Shown: positions 56,615 to 64,000 of the stretch, piece after piece
How the letters are laid out: every line of letters begins with the position of its first letter
Numbering within the stretch: position 1 is the first letter of the stretch
Origin: an uncultured virus (IMG/VR IMGVR_UViG_3300021961_000027)
Lineage: Duplodnaviria > Heunggongvirae > Uroviricota > Caudoviricetes
Direction: 5' to 3' (one strand)
Length of the DNA: 64,000 bases
IMG/VR virus record: IMGVR_UViG_3300021961_000027
The notes under the pieces: generated by a model
Databases searched by the model: none
Told to the model about the DNA's origin: nothing
Seen by the model: only the letters and a program-made list of their open reading frames with translations
Made by a program: the position numbers and the translations under genes

Positions 56615-56870
56615 CGCCGTCCTCCTCTTCATCATCTAATTCTTCTATATCTACATCTGCTTTTTCGTTAAGAGAATCTAATGCAGTTTTTACTAATATT
56701 TCTTGGTACGAAATAGTAAGCTTCATAGCTTCTTTTTTAGTGAACCCAGATTGTTCCAAGGTCGAATAATATAGCTTAAGTATAGAGCCTATGGATTTAA
56801 AACCAGCAGCCACTTGCTCTAAAGCAGCCATTCTTCTCAAGTAATCTCTATCTTCCATAGGATTCTCCAT
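56595..56870 (-). CDS. hypothetical protein
   Basis: YYSTLEQSGFTKKEAMKL. Confidence 0.65.
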   Translation of the reverse strand: MENPMEDRDYLRRMAALEQVAAGFKSIGSILKLYYSTLEQSGFTKKEAMKLTISYQEILVKTALDSLNEKADVDIEELDDEEEDGDEYSSN

Positions 56871-56921
56871 TTCTACACAAATAATTATATCAATTTATTT
56901 TTATGATTCAATAAATATGGT

Positions 56922-57374
56922 ATGATCTCTTTTTACGAATATTTAGGACAAATAAATGAAGGAGCAACTTTCGGCAAAACCGGATTGTATCCATTAAGCT
57001 ATCAAGGAGTCGGCCAATATCCTCCAGCCTATTTAATTCCTGCAAGTGCAGATGCTGTTTACTATATTTCTATGGACGATAGATTACAAAAAGTTTGGGA
57101 AAAAGAACCATTCAAAATAGATCATTTAAAACCGACACCAATTTGGACTAAAAAACAAGGCACAAAACAATTTGTTGCACAAACAGCTAAATTACCACCT
57201 GGAAATGTGGTCCCGCCTAAAGAACCAAAATTAAATGGTAAAATTAAACCGTACAAACTTACTAAGCATAAATGTTGTCCAAGTGATAGCAAGGTGCTGC
57301 CCCCTAATTTAGTGGATAAGAAAGCAGAAAAATTTGGCGACCCTTGCCCACACACATTTAAAATGCCAGATTAA
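56922..57374 (+). CDS. hypothetical late protein
   Basis: TAAATA 4 nt upstream; MISFYEYL...NE. Confidence 0.65.
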   Translation: MISFYEYLGQINEGATFGKTGLYPLSYQGVGQYPPAYLIPASADAVYYISMDDRLQKVWEKEPFKIDHLKPTPIWTKKQGTKQFVAQTAKLPPGNVVPPKEPKLNGKIKPYKLTKHKCCPSDSKVLPPNLVDKKAEKFGDPCPHTFKMPD

Positions 57375-57667
57375 TCAATTACAATTGCATCTTTTTCAAT
57401 TAATTTATCATTTCCATTAGTCTTTTCGTTTATATTTTTTGTAAGCTTTTCTTTTAATTCTTTATTTTCTTTTTCCAAAATAGCAATTTTTGCTAAATTT
57501 ACTTTATCAGGCATAGGATTTTTCAAAACAATACCCATGCCAACAATAATGCCCAACAAAAATAAGCCTACATACTTGAATAAAAACAAAAAATATTTAA
57601 AAAATGATAAAAGTCTTGACTTTGCACGATCAACTGGATTGTCTGGATTTGTAATTTGATCTCCCAT
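57371..57667 (-). CDS. membrane protein with coiled coil
   Basis: TM helix then heptads. Confidence 0.6.
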   Translation of the reverse strand: MGDQITNPDNPVDRAKSRLLSFFKYFLFLFKYVGLFLLGIIVGMGIVLKNPMPDKVNLAKIAILEKENKELKEKLTKNINEKTNGNDKLIEKDAIVID

Positions 57668-57713
57668 AAAACTTATATAGTTTATATTCGCTAATTTATG
57701 AGTAGTACATAGT

Positions 57714-58037
57714 CTACACTTGCACATTTTGTTTCTGTTTTACTGAAGTACCTTCAGAATATCCTTGTAAATACTGCAAATCTTTATATCTTGTACTTTT
57801 GCCTTTGTAAGCATGATAAAACCCAAGAACCCACTCTGGTTTAACGTCTAAAAGAAAACAAATATCTTTCAATTTTTTCCCAGTCATTTTCTTATCACTT
57901 ATCAAACAAAGTTCTAAATAGTGACAAAAGGGAGAAAATTTATTTTTTAACCTGTAATGATCACTATCAAATTCAAGCTGGAACTCATCTGTCAATTCGA
58001 TGAACAGCTTTTTAGCCAAAGGCAGATAATCTCTCAT
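57714..58037 (-). CDS. hypothetical protein
   Basis: GGAG RBS. Confidence 0.65.
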   Translation of the reverse strand: MRDYLPLAKKLFIELTDEFQLEFDSDHYRLKNKFSPFCHYLELCLISDKKMTGKKLKDICFLLDVKPEWVLGFYHAYKGKSTRYKDLQYLQGYSEGTSVKQKQNVQV

Positions 58038-58053
58038 TACAGCTCCGGAGTTT

Positions 58054-58722
58054 TTAGATAATAGCTAACCCATCATGAGCCAAAAAAAGAAATTCTTCAA
58101 GTGGAACATTTTTTTTAATTAATAATCTTTTTATTTCCGACTTAGTTCTATCTTGAAATTCTTCAACCCACCCATATTTCCAAGGGCCATATTCTGGCTG
58201 TGATCTAATTTGACCAATAAATTCTGTATACCCAAGGAAAAATCTTTTAATTGCAAATTCTGTTTTTATAACATCATGTTGGTTAGATACTATCTTCTTA
58301 TTATCATTTGGTTTTTTACTCGAAAACATCGTTTTTTCCCATGAATTACCAATATCATGAAAAAAAGCCATGCGTAATAATAATGTAAATAAAGATCTTT
58401 TGACATAACAAGATTTCCAAAAATCAGATACTATAAATAACAAAATTGATTCATTTGTAGTTAAAAATACTTTTGTAGGAGAGTCTATTTGCAGAATATC
58501 TTCACAAATATTTAAAAAATTAATTACATGATTTTGATCGTATTTTGTGACTGATAAAAACAAACCATCAGTGCTATAATTGAATGCTTTTGCAAAGACC
58601 TCTCTACAATTGTGCCACGACAGAAATGCTTCAGGTCGTTTTACATCGTAAATTGCAAAACTACCAGACGAATCTGATACATCAACACTCAATACTTTTT
58701 GTCTAATACTGCTATAATACAC
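58054..58722 (-). CDS. hypothetical protein
   Basis: WHNCREVF, SLFTLLLR. Confidence 0.65.
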   Translation of the reverse strand: MYYSSIRQKVLSVDVSDSSGSFAIYDVKRPEAFLSWHNCREVFAKAFNYSTDGLFLSVTKYDQNHVINFLNICEDILQIDSPTKVFLTTNESILLFIVSDFWKSCYVKRSLFTLLLRMAFFHDIGNSWEKTMFSSKKPNDNKKIVSNQHDVIKTEFAIKRFFLGYTEFIGQIRSQPEYGPWKYGWVEEFQDRTKSEIKRLLIKKNVPLEEFLFLAHDGLAII

Positions 58723-58725
58723 AAA

Positions 58726-59313
58726 TTACTCCATCATCCTAGGGAACCAATCCAAAAAATGTTTTGTGTTTTCTGTATTAAAAAACAATTCCCATGCATA
58801 TAAAATATTGTAATGATTAGAATGTAAAAACTCTAAAAATAAGTCCAAATTTTTAATTCTTGAATTTATTTCTTGATTAGTACTAAGACTAGACATAAAA
58901 CATGATGGAAGTTCATTCACATGATTTGCAAACCAAGAATCATTACAAATAACAAATGCCTTCCAATAATTAATTTTTATATCATCTAAAGATTTCATAA
59001 CATAATAATTAGATGATGTTAAAAGCCTGTCTTTAATTTCGTAAAATGTTTTGTAAAAAAAATTATATTCTACCTCAATCAACTTAGATGACATATTATT
59101 TTGTTTTATAGAAAAGTCGCAAGACAAAGTTTCAAATCTAAAATTATATTTTTGAAAATTGTTTTTGTAATTTATAGTTGAAAAATGAATAAAATTTATA
59201 GTTTTTAATTTATTTTCAGTTAATTCATAGCCGCAAATCCCCTCAGAGTACGGAATTGGGAAATCAATTACAGAAACATTTTCACGGAGAAACTTTTCTG
59301 CTATAAGCATCAT
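58726..59313 (-). CDS. hypothetical protein
   Basis: ATGA-coupled, AAGGAG RBS. Confidence 0.6.
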   Translation of the reverse strand: MMLIAEKFLRENVSVIDFPIPYSEGICGYELTENKLKTINFIHFSTINYKNNFQKYNFRFETLSCDFSIKQNNMSSKLIEVEYNFFYKTFYEIKDRLLTSSNYYVMKSLDDIKINYWKAFVICNDSWFANHVNELPSCFMSSLSTNQEINSRIKNLDLFLEFLHSNHYNILYAWELFFNTENTKHFLDWFPRMME

Positions 59314-59543
59314 ATTTCTCCTTGAACAAAGTCGTATTCCTCAAAAGTATCTGGAACCCAATTATCTTCCTCAATATCGAATCTTACAGGAAAATCATCT
59401 TTCCAGTCTTCTAGTATATCGAATGCCCTTCCAACGCTCGATGCCATATCTAAAGTAACAAATATTATTTGTGGGGGTATGTTTGGATACTTTTCCAAAA
59501 ACCCTTTATAGATCTTTTCTTTATATTCGTTTTTTTCTTTCAT
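59310..59543 (-). CDS. hypothetical protein
   Basis: ATGA-coupled. Confidence 0.65.
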   Translation of the reverse strand: MKEKNEYKEKIYKGFLEKYPNIPPQIIFVTLDMASSVGRAFDILEDWKDDFPVRFDIEEDNWVPDTFEEYDFVQGEI

Positions 59544-60463
59544 TTTGGCCCAACTTCAAGCAAAACATTTGCTTCATTCTTGATTTGCGAATTACAACTA
59601 TGCCTTCTTAGTTTTTTTATCGCCCAATTTCTAGTCTCTAACAACCCTTCACTTAATAAATTATTATCATCAAACTTCAGTCCAGAAAATGATAAGAAAT
59701 CACATACATTGTCTACTGAATTAATGGGATATATTGTTTGTCTGCTTTTTACAAGCTCTATAAAATTAATTAGAAACCTTGCCCAATTTTTTATGTTTTT
59801 TTCAACTAGAGTACTTTCAGGAAAACGAAACTCAACAGTTTTTCTTTTGAAAGACTTTAAAGTAATTGATCTATAATAATTGACTAAATTCATAGATAGC
59901 CTACGATCTGCATTATTCAAACTTGTATTATTTGGTTTGTATAGATTCCAATAATCAGATGCATTTAAACAAGTTTTATTATATTTGCAAACAGATGTAA
60001 ATCTAGTACAATATTTGCTTACTTTTCTCCTGTCTGGAACCATACAAAAGATAAAATATTCAATACATAGCCAATTATTAATTAAAATACCAACATCCTC
60101 AGAAGAAAAATCAGACACATCTACATGTACATGAAATCCACAATTTTCATTTACTTTAACGTTTATTGATTTTAAACTAGATATAACTTTAGAAATATGT
60201 ATTAAATCGTATACTCCTGAGCCTTTATAGGATGTAATCTCATATCCGCCTTCATTTATTCCTTTAATAAGTTTAGCACCACAAGAACCATCTAATTTCA
60301 CGTCCCAAAAATAATTGTTGATACTTGGATGATAATAACTTGATTTAATTTGTCGATGAGTTTTTCTGCGAAGGAAATCTACTATATTTGGCCTAGGAAC
60401 TTCACGTCCTATTTCCATTTCTATACCGAAACATCTTAGTGTATCAAATTTTCTAAATTGCAA
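59540..60463 (-). CDS. putative amidoligase (Amidoligase_2, COOH-NH2 ligase)
   Basis: FGIEMEI, WDVKLDGS, EITS, CGFHVHVD, TVEFR. Confidence 0.85.
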   Translation of the reverse strand: MQFRKFDTLRCFGIEMEIGREVPRPNIVDFLRRKTHRQIKSSYYHPSINNYFWDVKLDGSCGAKLIKGINEGGYEITSYKGSGVYDLIHISKVISSLKSINVKVNENCGFHVHVDVSDFSSEDVGILINNWLCIEYFIFCMVPDRRKVSKYCTRFTSVCKYNKTCLNASDYWNLYKPNNTSLNNADRRLSMNLVNYYRSITLKSFKRKTVEFRFPESTLVEKNIKNWARFLINFIELVKSRQTIYPINSVDNVCDFLSFSGLKFDDNNLLSEGLLETRNWAIKKLRRHSCNSQIKNEANVLLEVGPK

Positions 60464-60465
60464 TT

Positions 60466-60822
60466 TTATTCCTCTAGGTCGGTACGAGGTCTGTATCCGA
60501 ATTGTTCCCCAAGCTTACCCAAAAAAGCTTGCTCTCTTAAAATTGCTTTGTATATTTTTGAAGAGTTTTCATTTTCAACTTCAATAATATTAGCATGAGC
60601 TTTCTCAGACCATTCTTGCATAGATTGCAAAGCTTTCAGAATGTCTTGAAATCCAGTTGTCACATATTTAATTGTATTTCCAAGTGCTTCAGCAGCATCC
60701 TTGTTCAGATCTTGATGGTACTGTTTAAATTTGAGAAATAGAAACAAAAATATAGTATTTACTACGAGTGTGGATATGGAAAAGAGCAAAATAATGATAA
60801 GGAAAATGTGTTCGGTTTGCAT
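60466..60822 (-). CDS. membrane-anchored coiled-coil protein
   Basis: N-terminal TM helix. Confidence 0.65.
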   Translation of the reverse strand: MQTEHIFLIIILLFSISTLVVNTIFLFLFLKFKQYHQDLNKDAAEALGNTIKYVTTGFQDILKALQSMQEWSEKAHANIIEVENENSSKIYKAILREQAFLGKLGEQFGYRPRTDLEE

Positions 60823-60844
60823 ATAGTATTTTATGCAGGAAAAA

Positions 60845-63800
60845 TTATGCAGTCAAAGTTTTATACTGTAATTTTAGTATTGGATCAGTAATCCAATCGC
60901 CAGAGCTAAATATTCCTAAATTATCATTTACAAATACTTCATTTATTGTTACGCTATTATTAATAATACAAGTTTCTTTCTTGACATTAACTTGCAAATT
61001 GAAATTCATACTGTTGTAAAAATTACGTGGGCACAACAAACTAGATGGTATCCAAATTTTTACATTTGCTTCATTGTTATCAAAGTAAGCAGAATTTCCA
61101 ATTCTTACCCTTTGTAAAAAGTGAACATTTAAATACCATTTAAATTTATCTTTTATAGCATTATTATTTACTTCTGATGTAAGCGATACAGATAATATCC
61201 ACTGTTCTGTTGAAGGTCTTCCAATACTATATTGTTCATTGTAATAATATGAAAACTTATTGGTGTTATATTTCATAGTAAGATTCTTTGAAAACACCAA
61301 GTTATTACTTGCCAAGAAATTAGTAAATATAGAACTCTTATTTAAGTTGGTCGCCAAAGTAAATCTAGATTGTATATTTTTGCATCCGCAAATTTCTAAA
61401 TTTGTATTAAGATTTGCTTTTCTAAGTGGCAACCCACTAACAAATCCATAAATAATTTTGAAATTTTCAACTGTTGGAACAATTATTATCTCTTGATCAA
61501 ATGTGCCTATATCAGATTGAGATACTGTTGCTTCTCCATTAAGTTCTAAACTGCCAGTACCAACATAATGGCGTGTTTGAATTACGCCAACACTTACTGT
61601 AACAGGAGCTATGCCAAATAGACGAACATTTCCTACGCCGACATAATTCCAAGATGTAGTAATTGCTCTAGCAGCACCACTTACATAAATAGTTCCAGTT
61701 CCTATGTACTGATTGTCTTGTAAAAGGGCATCATCTACCATGATCATAACTTGATCTACAAGATAATCTGCACAGAAGTCTAGGCATTCTCCAAAATTAC
61801 AGAAATTTTCATCCTCAAATTTAACGCACTCTTCGTTATACAACCCATATTGTTTGAGATATTCTTCATCAACTTTATAAATTGGTTTTGTATATTTCTG
61901 GAATCTCTTTACTGGCCAAATCCAATTTTGTGCTGTAAGTTTTTCGCAGACTTCCTGTACACTTGTAGCAACAATTGTTTGAATAGATCTTACTGGGCAT
62001 TCAATAGCTTCATTAACAAATGGCGCATCTCCACACTTCTTAATTGGTATGCAATCTCCTTCAATTCTATATGCATAATATACTTTTCTACCAACCTGAT
62101 ATAAAATAGGTAAAACTTTTGTAATTGTTTTTTGAATTCTGTAATTAATTGGCAAAAACAAATTTATTGAAATATCATAAATCGATGAGCCGTAGACAAG
62201 TATTGTTCCACTTCCACCGTATGTAAATCGCAAGATGCTAGGAGATGAACCATATAAAAGTATTGTTCCAGATCCATAATAACTGTAATAAGAATCTTTG
62301 TATATTTTGCTTACACCAGCAAGGTAGGCCCTTGGAGTTATAGCAGCACTAGAAGAGGCTGCAGTAACATATGTATTAAAATTTAATATTTGTGCGGTAT
62401 TATCATATGCAATACCGCCACAAATGTAGCCCTTGCTTAATCCATCGGAAACTACTCCCAATCCAAATTTGCCCAATTGTACTGGATATGTAAGCGAAAT
62501 CGTTTCCGCAATCATATCAAAAACATATACATTTCTTGTATAAATATCCGAAGTTGTTCCAGTTACAAAAAATGCTCTCATGTTTCTAAATGAAACTCCA
62601 CCACCAAAAGCAGCGGCAAGTAACAATTCTGTAGCCAACGTAGATCTTGTATCAGTGCTATATGCTAAAGATTCTATAACAGTAATGTAATTACCTATGC
62701 TTGTTTGTCCGCCAGCCATATATCCTTTTGTATAGCTATAAGCAGAATATCCCCCAATTCTTGGTTCATCTAATGTTATGGCAACTACAGACTGGGTGTC
62801 ATTTGAATATGTTATTTTTTCACAACTGTCCAGATATGAACCAGTTGTTCCGCCTGCAAAGTACGCCGCCCTTTCAATATCTGAAAACCCAAAAGAAAAA
62901 GCTCTTGGCTCAGATAAAACTGTGGCAATGGCAGAATTTACTTCAGTTTCGTATAAAAGCTTATCTACAGAATCGGAATAATCGTAAGGATCAGTGTTGT
63001 TTTCTGCGCCTCCTGCAAAGTATGCGATTATATCTTCATCAGAAACTCCCGCCATGCCCATTTTTGCAACAGTCAAAATAGCAGTATCTTTAGCAACTGC
63101 CAAATCTGCATTGAATACTATTTTTTCTGTTAAGTTTGTTGTATTGCCATTTCCCTGCAATCCGCCTGCCATGTACCCTTGCGGGATAAATGTATAAAGC
63201 TTGCCAAAACAGCCCATGCTAGTCCTTGCATCCCTAACTTGGGAAACTGGGCTAAGAACAGATATTTCAAGATAATAAGTAAATTTTTCAGCACTGGATA
63301 CAAAAGATGTACCCTGTTTACCACTTTGATAATATCCCTTTATTGTTCCTTGACTTAGACCACCTGCTCCATATCTTGATTCTTGTAGAGTCCCAGCAGA
63401 CACAGAACTTATTGCACCTGTAGAAAAATTCAATCTGTATGTAGATGAATATGTAGTTGTGTTATTTGTGCCGCCTGATATGTATCCAAAATTTGAGTAT
63501 GATGAAACACATGCGCCTTTTGTCAACTGCGATTCTAGACTACTAAAATTTATGAATACAACAGATGTTGCATAAGAAAAAACTTCGATTGATGATAAAA
63601 CTCCAGATAAATCGTTTGTGCCTCCCATTATATAACTAAATTTATTAAAATCAGAGAATGCAGCAGCCTGTCTTCTATAAGTATTTAGGACTGATGGCAC
63701 AGTAGAAAATAAACCCGTATTAAAAGAGATTTGATCTATATTGCCTTTTGCTTGGTTATTTAAATACCCGCCGAAAACATAACCAAACGCATTCAAATAA

Positions 63801-64000
63801 TTTGCGCTAGCCATTTCAGATCTTTTCAAACTCAAACTACTTGAAGAACTTGAAAAAATTTCAGTATCGTATGGCATAATATCTAAATACAAACCGCCGT
63901 CTGTTACATACCCCTTGAACCTTCCATCACTCATGCCGACCGCATATGAATAACTATTTAATAATCCGCTGTTAGCCGCACTTGTAACGTCAGATGAGTA
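60845..64000 (-). CDS. large Kelch-like repeat protein, probable virion structural protein (5'-truncated by the window)
   Basis: Repeated GY..GG...EK..Y blades; the frame stays open from 63934 to the window edge (YSSDVTSAANSG...). Confidence 0.75.
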   Translation of the reverse strand, partial: YSSDVTSAANSGLLNSYSYAVGMSDGRFKGYVTDGGLYLDIMPYDTEIFSSSSSSLSLKRSEMASANYLNAFGYVFGGYLNNQAKGNIDQISFNTGLFSTVPSVLNTYRRQAAAFSDFNKFSYIMGGTNDLSGVLSSIEVFSYATSVVFINFSSLESQLTKGACVSSYSNFGYISGGTNNTTTYSSTYRLNFSTGAISSVSAGTLQESRYGAGGLSQGTIKGYYQSGKQGTSFVSSAEKFTYYLEISVLSPVSQVRDARTSMGCFGKLYTFIPQGYMAGGLQGNGNTTNLTEKIVFNADLAVAKDTAILTVAKMGMAGVSDEDIIAYFAGGAENNTDPYDYSDSVDKLLYETEVNSAIATVLSEPRAFSFGFSDIERAAYFAGGTTGSYLDSCEKITYSNDTQSVVAITLDEPRIGGYSAYSYTKGYMAGGQTSIGNYITVIESLAYSTDTRSTLATELLLAAAFGGGVSFRNMRAFFVTGTTSDIYTRNVYVFDMIAETISLTYPVQLGKFGLGVVSDGLSKGYICGGIAYDNTAQILNFNTYVTAASSSAAITPRAYLAGVSKIYKDSYYSYYGSGTILLYGSSPSILRFTYGGSGTILVYGSSIYDISINLFLPINYRIQKTITKVLPILYQVGRKVYYAYRIEGDCIPIKKCGDAPFVNEAIECPVRSIQTIVATSVQEVCEKLTAQNWIWPVKRFQKYTKPIYKVDEEYLKQYGLYNEECVKFEDENFCNFGECLDFCADYLVDQVMIMVDDALLQDNQYIGTGTIYVSGAARAITTSWNYVGVGNVRLFGIAPVTVSVGVIQTRHYVGTGSLELNGEATVSQSDIGTFDQEIIIVPTVENFKIIYGFVSGLPLRKANLNTNLEICGCKNIQSRFTLATNLNKSSIFTNFLASNNLVFSKNLTMKYNTNKFSYYYNEQYSIGRPSTEQWILSVSLTSEVNNNAIKDKFKWYLNVHFLQRVRIGNSAYFDNNEANVKIWIPSSLLCPRNFYNSMNFNLQVNVKKETCIINNSVTINEVFVNDNLGIFSSGDWITDPILKLQYKTLTA

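Overview
AT-rich, densely coding segment (standard code 11) that reads as part of a large or jumbo dsDNA phage genome. It has no capsid, terminase or polymerase gene, but it does carry phage-typical ADP-ribosyltransferase-like, HNH, GP88-like and amidoligase genes, T4-like late-promoter and capsid-targeting motifs, and a virion-type Kelch-repeat protein running off the right end. Host-like genes (sigma-70, ClpX, CsrA, HNH, secreted EF-hand and Gly/Met-rich proteins) suggest a Planctomycetota host; this is inference. Main observations: (1) about 25 divergent Ser/Trp/Phe/Arg/Cys-rich microproteins in translationally coupled arrays in the first 15 kb, many ending in [S/G]-x-[C/N/S]-W-x4-stop, interspersed with an Sm/LSm-like gene; (2) a tRNA-Arg(UCU) split by a 195-nt group I intron; (3) a set of enzymes with MKTF-type putative capsid-targeting peptides, mostly behind TAAATA late promoters; (4) three sigma-like factors and a T(T/A)GTTT-N16-TAnnAT promoter family; (5) candidate structured RNAs and a perfect 38-bp palindrome next to a ParB-like gene; (6) a glycosyltransferase/methyltransferase/glycosidase cluster and metabolic genes (guaC, PduO-type, GGCT). 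All product calls come from motif recognition by eye, not database searches.
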